Of a stretch of 64,000 bases of DNA, positions 18,681 through 33,048 are shown piece after piece (the stretch's first letter is position 1; each line of letters starts with the position of its first letter). The notes under the pieces were generated by a model. That model saw nothing but the letters and a program-made list of their open reading frames with translations. It searched no databases and had not been told where the DNA came from. The DNA lies in assembly GCF_009914755.1 (NCBI RefSeq), contig NC_060943.1. The stretch is one strand, 5' to 3'. Source of the DNA: the human T2T-CHM13v2.0 reference genome, Homo sapiens. The position numbers and the translations under genes were made by a program.

Positions 18681-19974
18681 CCTCCTCCAACCTCAGTTTC
18701 CTCACCTGTCCCAGAGGACGAATATGACTGTTGTGATGATTAGGCCAGATAATCCTGGTAAGCATTTATTAGCCTGCCTGGTCTCTGGATATTTTTTTTT
18801 TCTTGGTAAAGACATTTTGCCGCCCAATATCTACTATTGGAGAGAGAGTTTGGGAGGCAGAAGGTAGGACTCACCCTTGGCTTCAGAGTCCCTTATGGGT
18901 GCCCCATCCCCTTAGGTTCAATTAAAGCACATAGTTGGAAACAAGTCCCCTACCCAGGACAGCTACAGAGTCCAGAACCAGAAGATCTTGTTTTCTGAAC
19001 CAAGGACTTTGTCTTATCCCCAAATCCTAATTCCTCAGGGTGGTCAGCTTCAGACAGGAGTCTGAAATTGATTCTCGCTCTCCGGGGTGGATCCAAGGCT
19101 CTTGTGATGCGGTGTTGTTCTACCCCATCCCACCCCTGTGCCTCCCCCAATGCATTGGGAGTCCTTAACCGTAGTGACTTCAATTTGGAAACAATGCTCC
19201 CAAAGCAGGAGATGTGGCCCTCCCCAGGCAGCTGGCCTGATAAACATCTGTCCTGGGGCAAAAGACCCAGAGCAGGGAGGGACTCTCACTTCCCACTTTC
19301 ACATGCTATAGTCATTTAATGGGCTGTGGTGACATCTCTGGGTCACCTAGCCTGCAGAATGGGATGTTGACTTTGTGCCACAATGAGGGAAACGGAGGCA
19401 CAGGGCTAGTGAGTGAAAAAAATCAGAAAGACTCTGTGACTAGGAAACACTATTCAGGCCCACGGCCCCTACAGGACTCAGCATCCTTTGGGGTGCACCA
19501 GTGGGTGGTATGCGGCACCCTGGTTGCCATCTGTACCTTATGGGGGTGAGGGTGACGGTGAGTGTCCTGGCAGGACAAGGTGCTCTAGGACCCACGAGGT
19601 AGATAGACATTGCCCCCCTTTCCCTGGCTGTGGGCACAGCAAGAGTTCTGTTCTCTAATGTATGTGAGGACCAGTGCCTACATGCAATAGACACTTCTCA
19701 TTTCAGACATTCCAAAGATTTTAGGGGCTGCATAGAAAGAAACTGAGACAGACTCTAACCACATCCTCACACTGACAGGAGCCTCCAGTCTAGGCTCAGC
19801 TCTGACTCTTCCTGGGGAGGTTTGCTCCACCCTCGTCCTTCCAACTAGAACCCACTCCCGGTAGGCCTGTGCACGCCCATCTTTTACAGCAGCAGCATGT
19901 CTTGGTAACTTGACATTTTCTGCAATAATCTTGCTGTTTGTTGTTTACTTCTTTAGTGTTTGTTCCTGGCAGCT

Positions 19975-20315
19975 GTGTCTAGTTCACCACTGTGTTCCCA
20001 GTGCCAAGCACAGTGCTCGGCCCGTGGGAGGTGCTCAATGAGCAGTTGTTTAATCAATGAACAATGGCTCTGTCTATGCCAGGGAAGCAGGAGTAGGTCA
20101 GAGCACACCTTAGCTCACCCATTTCCTGTCTGGGTGACCTTGGATAAGTCCTGAACTTTTTTCCTTTCAGTCACCTTGTCTGTGACATGGAGATTAATTA
20201 AACTTACCTGAGTTATTTCTGATGAGAATTTAATGCGCAAAAGTATCTAAAATGCTTCTAAACACAGGCTGGCACAGTGAGAGTGCGGCACACATGTGAG
20301 CTGTTTGCATTATCA
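19975..20315 (+). mobile_element. Ancient L2 3' end (~19975-20062) and MIR (~20125-20315) fragments
   Basis: cccagtgccaagcacagtgc...ggtgctcaatgagcagttgtt...aatgaa (L2); gggtgaccttggataagtcctgaac...tcagt..ccttgtctgt..catggagat (MIR). Confidence 0.6.
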
Positions 20316-20547
20316 TGCCGCAGGTTGTTGGAATTCTTTTTCACTCATCATTTGGATCTTGAAACTCTGTTTACCTCATTGCATATAAGGAAAATACATT
20401 TTGAATTATGTTTAGTATTTCACACTGAAATTATTTAAAATGTCTATAGCTAGGTAAGATGTGGTTGCTCATGCCACCATCAAACCACAGCACTCCAGCC
20501 TAAGTGATAGAGTGAGATCCTGTCTCAAAAAATACATGTAAATAGTT

Positions 20548-20852
<305 letters not shown>

Positions 20853-20900
20853 TTAATTGATATTTATATATGATTCCTGTGTGCTGCATAACTCTTGTAG

Positions 20901-20970
20901 CACAGAGTTGTTTATTTTTTAGATAATGTACATTACACAGAGTTGTTTATTTTTTAGATAATGTACATTA
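20901..20970. repeat. 35-bp perfect tandem duplication
   Basis: cacagagttgtttattttttagataatgtacatta x2. Confidence 0.95.
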
Positions 20971-21749
20971 TTTGCCTTTTTCAGTGATATTTTTGTATTT
21001 TATATTCAGTTGAAATAGCATTTCTATTAGTTGTACAAATAAATATATTATTTCCTATTTTCAGCTAATAACCATAGCTGCATAGTTTTAAAATATTTTA
21101 TTAACTTATCTGGAAGAGTTGATAAGATAAACTTATTTTATATTTTGTGTATGAACATATAAATATATTTTATGTTTTTGTGTGTGAATATATAAAAATA
21201 TTTTATATTTTGTATTTGAACATATAAATATCTGGACACTGTAATAAACTGATAATACATTTCAAATGCTTTTGTTAATCACTCTATTTTTAATCACTCT
21301 ATTTTAGATTCATCCTTTTTATACATTCTATGAATGGATGGATGGAGAATACGTAGACAGATAGTATATAAATGTATGTGTAGATAAATGTAGATGCAAA
21401 TACACATCTGTTGAGACAATGCTGCTTTCAAAATCACAGAGAATGGTCACATTTTAACCTTTTATGGAATTAAATAAAACAAAAGATTTTCTATTTTTAA
21501 TTACATTTACATTTTAATAATACAATACATAAATAACATATTTTTAATAAAATTCTGGATTCCATTTAATATTATATTATTAGAACTTCTGTATCTATTC
21601 TGACACTTGAGATTAACTTTAACTTTCCTTTTGCTGAGTTTGCCCAGTTTTTATTTGAAGTAATACTACATCATGGGATCACCTTAGAGGCTTTCTATAT
21701 TTATATGTTTTGCATCAGTTTCTAAAATCTGGAAATTATCTCATTTTGA

Positions 21750-22112
<363 letters not shown>

Positions 22113-22126
22113 ACTGCACTAAATGT

Positions 22127-22475
<349 letters not shown>

Positions 22476-23230
22476 CTACCAATGACACTAAGCCCCTGGG
22501 GTGCAGGGGAGGGTGGCAGTCATCACTGTAGCTCCAGGCCATGCTATTCCCCTGTTGGAGCCAAGGAGGTTAGACCGCTTGGTCCCAAGAGGCATTCCCC
22601 ACAGCACAGCACACCAGCTGTTGCAGACAATGGCCTGACTCTCTCTTTAGGCCAGACCTTCATCCATCCCTTCTCACTGAGTGGGGCCTCCCTGCAGAAA
22701 CTCCAACAACTCCAGCTGGGAGCTCAGGGACAAAACCTTGATCTTCCTGGGCCTGACCCCCTAGGGGGAGAGGTTGCCATAGTCTCCATGGACCAGCAGA
22801 CTTAGTCTTTCCTCTTGCTAGCTCTGCAAAATTCAGGCAGCCCAGATGAGTCAGTTTCCCTCCACCACAGCACACCCCCTCCACCAAGGGACAGCCAAAA
22901 TGCTTCCTTAAATGGTTCCTGGTTCCCATGCCCTCAACTGTGTGAGACCCCCAATAGGGGTCTCCAGACACTTTATACAGAAGCATTCCTCCTGACATTA
23001 GGTCACTGTCCCTTGGAGTCAGAAATCCCAGAGGAAGGAGGAGGCACCCATCTTTGCTGTTCTCCAGCTTTCTCTGTGGGCATCTCCAGGTGCAGGAGTG
23101 ACCCAGATAAATAGGCCTGAAGTGAACCCCCAGCAAACCACTGTAGCCTTACAGAAGAGGAACATGCCTATTGAAAGAAAAACAAATAAAAGGCTACAGC
23201 AACAATGTCAACAAAAAAAGTTCCTACGAT

Positions 23231-23549
<319 letters not shown>

Positions 23550-24990
23550 TCAGCAGCCTCAAAGATCAAAACTGGACAAACTCATGAAGATAAGAAAGAA
23601 TCAACACAACATTGCTGAACACACAAAAGACCAGAGTGCTTCCTCTCTAAATGATCACAACACCTCTCCAGCAAGGGCACAGATCTGAACAGAGAAAAGA
23701 CTGATGAATTGACAGAAGTAGGCTTCAGAAAGTGGGTAATAACAAACTTCAAGGAGGTAAAGATGCATGTCCTCACTCAATGCAAAGAAGATAAGAACCA
23801 TGATAAAAGATTACATGAGTTGCTAACTGGAATAACCAGTTTAGAGAGAAACATAAATGATCTGATGGAGCTGAAAACACAGCACAAGAACTTTGTAAAG
23901 TATACACAGGTATCAGTAGCCAAAGCTATCAAGCAGAAGAAAGAATATCAGAGCTTGAAGACTATCTTGCTGAAATAAGGCAGGCAGACAAGATGAGAGA
24001 AAAAAGAATAAAAAGGAATGAACAAAACCTTTGAGAACTATGGGACTATGTAAAAAGACCAAACCTATGACTGATTGGAGTTCCCAAAAGAGATGGGGAG
24101 AATGAAACCAAGCTGGAAAACACACTTCAGGAGATCATCCAGGAGAAATTCCCCAACCTAGAAAGACAGACCAACATTCAAATTTAGAAAATACAGAGAA
24201 CCTCAGTATGATACTTCATGAGAAGATCAACCCCAAGACATATAATCATCAGATTCTCCAGGGTCGAAATGAAGGAAGAAATGCTAAGGCCAGCCAGAGA
24301 GAAAAGTCAGGTCATCTACAAAGGGAAGTCTATCAGACTAAAAGCAGATCTCTCAGCAGAAACTCTACAAGCAGAAGAGAGTGGGGGGCCAATATTTAAC
24401 ATTCTGGAATAAACTAATTTTCAACCCAGAATTTATATCCAGGCAAACTAAGCTTCATAAGCAAAGGAGTAATAAAATCCTTTTCAGACAAGTAAATGCT
24501 GAAAGAATTCATCACCACAAGGCCTGCCTTGCTAGAACTCCTGAAAGAAGCATTAAATATGGAAAAAAACAAACAAACAAACAAACACCCATAACAGCCA
24601 CTGCAAAGACACACTGAAATACAAAGATCAATGACACTGTGAACAATCTGCATCAACTAGTGTGCAAAATAACCAGCTAGCATCATGATGATGGGATCAA
24701 CTTCACACATAACAATATTAGCGTTAAACGTAAATGGGTTAAATGGACCAATTAAAAGATATAGACTGGCCAATTGGATGAAGATTAAAGATTTATTGGT
24801 GTGCTGTATTCAAGAGACTCGTTTCACATGCAAAGACACACATATGCCCAAAATAAAAAAAAAAAAAAAAAAAGGAAAATTTACTAAGCAAATGGGAAGC
24901 AGAAAAAAGCAGGGGTGGCAATTCTAGTTTCCTACAAAACAGGCTTTAAACCAACAAAGATCAAAAAAAGCAAAGAAGGGCATTACATAA

Positions 24991-25435
24991 GGTAGCAAGA
25001 CAAACTGCAGACAAAACCCCTCAGACACCGAGTTAAAGAAGGAAGGGCTTTATTCGGCCGGGAGCTTCAGCAAGACTCATGTCTCCAAAAACCGAGCTCC
25101 CCCAGTGAGCAATTCCTGTCTCTTTTAAGGGCTTACAACTCTAAGGGGGTCCATATGAGAGGGTCATGATCAATTGAGCAAGCAGGGGGTACGTGACTGG
25201 GGACTGCATGCACTGGTAATCAGAATGGAACAGAACAGGACAGGGATTTTCACAATGCTTTTCCATACAATGTCTGGAATCTATACATAACATAACCAAT
25301 TAGGTTAGGGGTCAATCTTTAACCAGGCCCAGGGTGAGACACCAGGCTGTCTGCCTGTGGATTTCATTTCTGCCTTTAGTTTTTACTTCTTCTTTCTTTG
25401 GAGGCAGAAATTGGGCAAAAGACAATATGTGGGGT
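24991..25435 (-). mobile_element. LTR2-family 3' LTR of a Harlequin/HERV-E-like provirus (U3 tip deleted)
   Basis: About 90% identical by hand count to 29765-30223; lacks the terminal ...ctcttccctta and joins a pol fragment directly. Confidence 0.9.
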
Positions 25436-25627
25436 TGCTGCCAGAGCCCTTAGACATGGAGGCCAGCCTTTGGAAACCCCATCTAGTTGTTTTGAGAGAT
25501 AGGCCACTGGCCTTGGCCAGGGCCCCACAGCCTGGGTTGAAACTCCAACTGCCATTATTTCTCTTTCTGACACATAGAGTGTAAAGGGTTTTGTCAAGTC
25601 AGGTATCCCCAGGGCTGGGGCCAACAT
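25436..25627 (-). pseudogene. ERV pol fragment (RT connection/RNase H-like)
   Basis: [20 protein letters not shown]...[33 protein letters not shown] is a typical gammaretroviral pol motif. Confidence 0.85.
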
Positions 25628-25639
25628 CAGTTTTTCTTT

Positions 25640-26800
25640 TAACTCATGAAAAGCTCATTGCTGTTGGTTATAATAGAAGTAGTTTATCCAATCTACATTT
25701 TTATTAAGTGTCGTCCACCAAAATATTGTCTCAAATCCTGCAGCTATTTGATTTCAAGCTTTAAATTGATCTGGTATTCCCCATGGGACTCCAATTGCAT
25801 CTAAATAGATGTGAGAGTCGAAAGACCCATAAGGGGCTTCTCTCACTTTATGGTGTCTTATTTTTCCTCCCTCTTGTTGATGAAATGCCAGGGTGAAAGG
25901 GATAGCCAATTGGACTAAAGTACAAATTCCACTCCAGTTATTTGGCAGAGTGCCCGGTAAAGGTCCATCACAATACCACCACACATCCATGCCAGGATGA
26001 ACAAAGGGCTGACTGATTGATAAGCTCTTGAAAATTCTTAAGCTCAGTACATCCCTTCAGGTTTCCAAGGAATGCTAAGTTTCCTCCCTATCATGAGAGA
26101 TGCAAAGTGAACTTAGTGTTGGGAGATGGAAGCTGGATGGCCCTTGGGGGCAGATCCACAGGGTGCCAGACTTAGGGATATAGCAGAGAGAGCTTGGCAT
26201 GACTTATTACTCCAGGCTATAGAATGCTGGAAAACAGCTACCATACAGCCCATGCCTGGGCAACTGGAGGACCACCTTAGTGGAAAGGGGACAATCAGGG
26301 CCTCTGGCCTGCCATGTGCTCAAGCATAACAATTGTCTTTGTTTAATGTGTGGATGGAATATTTGATCCATTCCAACCAGGCATTTGCATCTTGGTATCC
26401 TGTCTTAATTGCCAAAGTTTGTTTTAAGTCTTTAACTTCTATGATCCTCTAGTAAAATGAATGTATGATTTTAGGAAATTACAAAAACTGGTTGGGGCAG
26501 TCCATCCTTGCTCTTTAGTGGTCCACAGAAAGTTGGACCAGCTATGGCATAAAAGCTCTACATTGGGGGCCAAGAATCCTGGTTGACATTGGAGTCTTTA
26601 TCAAAATTTCCCCAGATTAAATGGTCCTAATTTACTAATGCCCAGTCTGAGGAGAGTCAGGAGGGACAGAGGTACTTTTCTGAAGTAGAGAGCTGTCTTT
26701 GACTTGGCAATTCCCCACAGGGTATAACAACGCAAGCATTAAAGGCAATGGCTTGAGGCGAAATTGACTTGGTTATGTTAATAACCCTAGAAGGTCAGCA
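25640..26800 (-). pseudogene. ERV env remnant (HERV-I-like SU/TM junction)
   Basis: WWYC..LP.NWSGICTLVQLAIPFTL...HKVR/EAPYGSFDSHIYLDAIGVPWGIPDQFKA; broken by stops; outer limits approximate. Confidence 0.7.
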
Positions 26801-28699
26801 ATAGAGCAAGGAAAAAAGAAAGAGTAATAGAATAGATGAAAGAGTTAAATTTTTCTCAGCTTTAGTTTGGTAGAGTTTTCCCCTGGGACTATGGCCCATG
26901 ACTCTGGAGGGGGTGGTGCTTTCTTGACTCGGGTGTGATGAGTCCATCATTTTTTCACTGTACAAACAGCAGTCTTGGTGGTTAACAGCACAAAGTAGGG
27001 TCCTTCCTAGGCTGGCTCGAGTTTCCTTTCTTTTCACCCTTTGATAAGAACGTGATCTTCAGGCTGGTGCTGGTTTGCCGGAAATTCTTGGAGTGGTACA
27101 TGTGCTAAAAGACTTTTAGTTTTGAGGGAAGGGAAAGTGGAAGATAAACCAAGTATATGATTCTTAAGAAACTGACCTTTTTTTTAAATTGACCTTTTTG
27201 TTTTAAAAGTCCGTCAGCAGAGGACTTTATAGTCCTTGGTGCCTTTTACTGAGAAATTTCCTTTAGCATCTATTTTCATTAGTTTTTAGACCAAAGAAGC
27301 CAAACACCATCTTATAGTTGACAATGCTTCCTGTATGATTTTTATACCAGATAAGCTAAATGTCACCTTTATATTAGTGTGTTATTAATGTTAAACTTAG
27401 TTTTATTAAAACTTTGTAGACATGTTTATTCAATTTTTAATGTCAGACCATAAGGTAAGATTTTTATAGACTCTTTTTAACCTTTTATAATCTTTCTTGA
27501 AGAGCAGGTTAGTGCTTTAAGAAAAATCTGTTGTGTTTTTACTTTAATGTCCAGTTCACAGAAAAACTGGATGATACCCCTTTAACTTTAGCTAATATGT
27601 TTACACACAGAATTTTCTTTATAATTAACATTTTAAAACTTGCTTAAACCTTCAAAACAAATTTTTTTTAACCTTTCAATGTAGGTAAAAATTTACATTC
27701 TTATGCCTCCTTATAATCATTTTACCAAAGGTATATTTTAGTTTCCTTATACACCTTGCACATAAACTGTTTCTTCAATAGTACTCAGGAGGCCTAATTA
27801 CTTTTAAAATATACAACATTTCTTGCATAATTTCTTTTTTATAACTTTTTTTCTCTTTCACGACTTTTGCAGATAATTCTTCGACATGCCTCAACTTTCT
27901 GACTTATTACAAACATTTCTTTCTTTAAACAACCAGTTAATTTGTTTCAGGACAATAATTTACCATATAACATTCTTTTTACATAAATTCTGCCCCCCCT
28001 TTTTTTCCCTTTTTTTTTTTTTAAGATGACAACCATTCTTTTCAAAAAGCAAACTTGCTTTATGTCTGTGGACCAGACTGTCTAAGGCCACAAGATTAAA
28101 AGTTACTATAATACATGTTACACTATTAACTTTTAGCAAACTTTACTTTTGTTGAAAACCTTGTAAATTTGAGATTCCAACTATCCTTTGCTATTAATAG
28201 GACCTTGTTTAGTCCAAATTAACTTAAAATTGGTATAGATGGCTTTTTTTTTTTTTTTTTCATTTACCCAGTAGGAAACATCTATCATCCTGTCCTGAAG
28301 GGAGTTCCTCCTAGGTCTGGTTGGACCTTTGTATGGTAATTAAGATTTAGATCCCCTGTTAGGAAACCTGCTGGGTTAAGTGAATTTTCAGCGTTAATGT
28401 TAAGTCTTTTTTTTTTTTTTTTTTAAACTCAGGATACTTCTGAACTGGTGAGGTGTGCTCACAATGAGGTTTCCTCTAAATTATTTTTCTACTTTCTTCT
28501 GTGAGCAAAGCAGTTGCCACTACAGATTGAATGCATTTGGGCCATCTTTGGGTTACTGGGTTAAGGATTTTTGATAGGAAGGCTACAGGTTGTCAGGGGC
28601 CTCAGTGCTTTCGGACTACGCCCTTGTTTACACTTACAAGGTGGTATTGGAGTGTTGTAGGGTCATGGAGAAGACCTTCAATTATCAATTATATTTGAC

Positions 28700-28880
28700 T
28701 TTCTGTCTCTCTCTCTCTTTGGCTTTCCTTTTGCCTTTGTCTCTTCCTCTCTCTCTGCCTCTCTCTTTCTCTCTCTCTCTTCTTGACTCCCTCTTTGTCT
28801 CTCTGTCTCTTCCTCTCTGTCTTTTCCTCTCTCTCTTTGCTTCTTTTTCTCTCTGTCTCTTTCCTCTCTCTCTCTCTGCT
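28700..28880. repeat. (TC)n-rich low-complexity tract in the ERV leader
   Basis: Direct reading. Confidence 0.9.
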
Positions 28881-29309
28881 GGTCTTTCCTTGCCTCTGCA
28901 AGCTGCTTATGCTGCTGTTGTCTCAACCACTGTGGGGTGGGGGGGGGGTCTAAAACCAGCTGTAACCAAGTGTCTATGTACAGGAACTGGTCTGGGTGTC
29001 CTGGCTTACAGGTTACCTTGTGCCATACCTTTGTAACACGGGACCTGTCCAGGCTTCCTTCTGATAGTCAACCCACCTCTAATGCCAGTCTATCTTACAC
29101 AAAGTTTTAAGTTTTCCTGCTGTCATAGTACTCCATAGTCTCCCTTAGATCCTTTCTTGAAATTTTTCAACATAGTTCCTGGTGGGGTGGGCTTACTTTG
29201 TGCCTGACCCATGCTTTCTTGAGACAAGACACCATGCTCACACCACATGCATACCACAAAACAAAGAACGGGTTAAAAGGGCACACACATACTTTTACAG
29301 TTTACACCA

Positions 29310-29416
29310 AACCAGAATCAAAACCAAAATCAGAGTATCAAGAAATCCAAGCCAGGTCAAAACCAAAACCAAAGTATCGAGCAATCCAAATCAAGTCAAA
29401 AACAAAAACCAAAGTG
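29310..29416. repeat. ~39-bp tandem repeat (about 2.5 copies) in the ERV leader
   Basis: caaaaccaaaa(t/c)ca(g/a)agtatc(a/g)ag(a/c)aatccaa..ca(g/a)gt units. Confidence 0.75.
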
Positions 29417-29741
29417 CTGGTACAGGCACATTGTGGGTGATCAGGCCACACTTCCACTCAAATGGAGTAGGCAAGTTACAAAGACCAGTCTTACCAAGTT
29501 TCAGATGTCTGGACTCCAAGTGCCATTTCCTTCCCAGTGTTCAGCCACTGCATTGATCCTCCGTGGGGGCCTGCCTTGCACCGCTCTGACAAGGCATTCC
29601 ACCGAGGCAAATGCCTACCCAGGAGCACTCTCAGGATCCACGTCACTCAAGCTGGCCGGAGTTCCCCATAGGGATGCTCCACAGGGCAGGCCTAAGCCAC
29701 CTAAGGGGCTGCCTCAACGGTCCATCCATTAATCACCTCGC

Positions 29742-29759
29742 TTCCCAGTCAGGGAACCA
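29742..29759 (-). promoter_or_regulatory. Primer binding site, tRNA-Glu
   Basis: Minus strand reads TGGTTCCCTGACTGGGAA, one mismatch from the complement of the tRNA-Glu 3' end (TGGTTCCCTGACCGGGAA), 5 nt inside the 5' LTR. Confidence 0.9.
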
Positions 29760-29764
29760 AGAAA

Positions 29765-30223
29765 TGTAGCAGGACAAGCCACAGACAAAACCCCTCAGAC
29801 ACCAAGTTAAAGAAGGAAGGGCTTTATTCAGCTGGGAGCTTCAGCAAGACTCACGTCTCCAAAAACCAAGCTCCCCGAGTGAGCAGTTCCTGTCCTTTTA
29901 AGGGCTTACAACTGTAAGGGGTTCAGTGTGAGAGGGTCGTGATCAACTGAGCAAGCAGGGGGTATGTGACTGGGGGCTGAATGCACCATTAATCAGAATG
30001 GAACAGAACAAGACAGGGATTTTCACAATGCTTTTCCATACAATGTCTGGAATCTATAGATAACATAACCAGTTAGGTCAGGCGTCATACTTTAACCAGG
30101 CCCAGGGCACGGCGCTGGGCTGTCTGCCTGTGGATTTCATTTCTGCCTTTTAGTTTTTACTTCTTCTTTCTTTGGAGGCAGAAATTGGGTATAAGACAAT
30201 ATTAGGGGTGGTCTCTTCCCTTA
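29765..30223 (-). mobile_element. LTR2-family 5' LTR
   Basis: Minus strand taagggaagagaccacccct...gctaca; 4-bp TSD ATAA at 24987-24990 and 30224-30227 restores L1 ORF2 sequence. Confidence 0.92.
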
Positions 30224-31031
30224 ATAATTATAAAGGAATCAATTCAACAAGAAGAGCTACCTATCCTAAATATATAGGCATTCAATACAGGTGCACACAG
30301 ATTCATGAAACAAGTTCTTGGAGACCTACAAAGAGACTTAGACTTCCATACAATAATACAGGGAGACATTACCACCCCACTATCAATATTAGATCAATGA
30401 GAAAGAAAATTAATAAGAATATTCAGGACTTAAACACAGCTCTGGATCAAGTGGACCTGATAGATATTTACAGAACTCTCCACCCCAAAACAACAGAATA
30501 TACATTGTTCTCAGTGCCACATGGAACTTACTCTAAAATTGATTGTATAATTGGAAGTAAAACACTCTTCAGAAAATGTAAAAGGACTCAAATTATATGA
30601 TACTGTCTCTCAGACCACAGTGCAATCAAATTAAAACTCAAGATTAAGAAACTCACTCAAAACTACACAACTACATGCGAATTGGACAACCTGCTTCTGA
30701 ATGACTTCTGGGTAAATAATGAAATTAAGGCAGAAATCACGAAGTTCTTTAAAGTCAATGAGAACAAAAAAACAATGTACCAGAATCTCTGGGATGCAGC
30801 TACAGCAGTGTTAAGAGGGAAATTTATAGCACTAAATGCTTACATTAGAAAGCTAGAAAGATCTCAAATCAACACCCTAACATTACAACTAAAAGAACTA
30901 GAGAGGCAAAAGCAAATAAATTTAAAAGCTAGCAGAGGATAAGAAATGACTAAGATCAGAGCAAAACTGAGGAAGATAGGGAGATAGAGACACAAAAAAC
31001 CTTCAAAAGATCAATGAATTCAGGAGCTGGA

Positions 31032-31351
31032 TTTTTGTTTTGTTTTGTTTTGTTTTGCTTTGTTTTGTTTTGTTTTTTGAGACGGAGTCTCACACTTGTT
31101 GCCCGGGCTGCAGTGCAGTGGCAAGATCTTGGCTCACTGCAACCTTGGCCTCCTGGGTTCAAATGATTCTCCTGCCTCAGCCTCCTGAGTAGCTGGGATT
31201 ACAGGTATGCACCACCAAGCTTGGCTAATTTTTATATTTTTAGGAGAGACGGGGTTTCACTCTGTTGGGCAGGCTGGTCTCGAACTCCTGACTTCAGTTG
31301 ATCTGCCTCTCAAAATGCTGGGATTACAGGCATGAGCCACCATGGCTGGCC
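31032..31351 (-). mobile_element. Alu nested in L1 ORF2, (TTTTG)n tail
   Basis: TSD caggagctgg. Confidence 0.95.
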
Positions 31352-31738
31352 CAGGAGCTGGCTCTTTTGAAGAAATTAATAAAATACATAGACCACTAGC
31401 TAGACTAATAAAGAATAAAAGAGAGAAGAATCAAACCCAATAAAAAATGATAAATAGGATATCACCAGTGACCCCACAAAAGTATAAACTACTAACAGAG
31501 AATACTATAAACACCTCTATGCAAATAAACTAAAAAATCTAGAAGAAATGGATCAATTTCTGGACACATAAACCCTCCCAAGACTAAACCAGGAAGAAGT
31601 CAAATCCTTGAAAAGACCAACTAAGTTCTGAAATTTAGGCAGTAATAAATAGCCTACCAACCAAAAAAACACACACAAAAAGCCCAGAACCAGATGGACT
31701 AATGGTTGAATTCTACCAGAGGTAAAAAAAGGAGCTGG

Positions 31739-32350
31739 TGAAGCAGCATTGTTGTCTGGGGTAAATACCCAGGGTTCATCATCTAATGCTGAGAAGGTTA
31801 ATGACACAGACACACACACTTGGAGTGTGTTTAAAGAGCAGAAAGTTTAATAGATGAAAGAAAGAAGAAAGAGAGGGAGAGAGAGAGCTTTCTCATGCAG
31901 AGAAAGTGGGGCACCCAAGGTTTCCAGGATGCAATTGACTTTTAAAAGAGGCTTGAAGAGGGGGTGATTGATTTACATAGGGTTCAAAAGATTGGTTTGA
32001 CCGGGTGTACCATTTACATAACCTGCAAAAAAACTTGCCTTCCCACCCCAATCTTTTATTATGCAAATGTGGCCTCTACCTGGCTGGATCCATGACAACT
32101 GCACACGAGGGGACAAAGAAAAGGAAGGGGGAATTGCCATATTGGGTGGACCTGGCTTTCAGTACAGCTGCCCACGTTCATCTATGCAGGGTTCTAGCTT
32201 GCTTATCTATGCTTGTAGCTTGACTTTTCAGGCTGCTTTATGTTAGAAAAGAGATGGTTTTTGGCTGATTTCTATTAAAGAAAAATTTCACTGAGAACAT
32301 TTTTACACTTGCTAAGTGACTAAAATAATTTCCTAATAACTGCTATATTA
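31739..32350 (-). mobile_element. Solo LTR9-family (HUERS-P3) LTR nested in L1 ORF2
   Basis: tgaagcagcattgttgtctggggtaaataccc...tatta; 4-bp TSD CTGG at 31735-31738 and 32351-32354 restores L1 gagctggtaccatt. Confidence 0.82.
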
Positions 32351-32711
32351 CTGGTACCATTTCTTCTGGAACTATTCCAAAGAATTAAAAAGGAGAGACT
32401 CTCCTCCCTTCTCGTTTTATGAGGCCAGCATCACCCTGATGCCAAAACCTGGCAGAGACACAACAAAAAAAGAAAACTTCAGGCCAATATCTCTGAAGAA
32501 CATTGATGTGAATATCCTCAATAAAATACTGGCAAACCAAATCCAGCAGCACATCAAAAAGCTTATCCACTACAAACTAGTCGGCCTCATCACTGGGATG
32601 CAAAACTCATTTAACATACACAAATCAATAAATGTAAGCTATCACATAAACAGAACCAATGACAAAAACCACATGATTATCTCAATAGATGCAGTAAAAG
32701 TCTTCAGTAAG

Positions 32712-33020
<309 letters not shown>

Positions 33021-33048
33021 AAGTCTTCAATAAAATTTAACATTCCTT

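Larger units (their letters stand above)
25436..29764 (-). mobile_element. Harlequin-type mosaic ERV internal region
   Basis: Leader with tRNA-Glu PBS, (GA)n tract, AT-rich MER4-group-like block, HERV-I-like env fragment, then a pol tether/RNase H fragment. Confidence 0.8.

Noticed and set aside
18140-18867. Overlapping 100-190 aa ORFs on both strands
   Set aside because: Expected from stop-codon scarcity in GC-rich DNA; low-complexity Pro/Gly/Arg/Ala sequence with no domain.
25376-25990. Domesticated retroviral env or pol
   Set aside because: Only ~60-80 aa fragments, with no signal peptide or complete TM domain.
28590-29036. 148-aa Leu/Ser-rich ORF and Arg/Glu-rich antisense ORFs
   Set aside because: Translations of the (TC)n tract.
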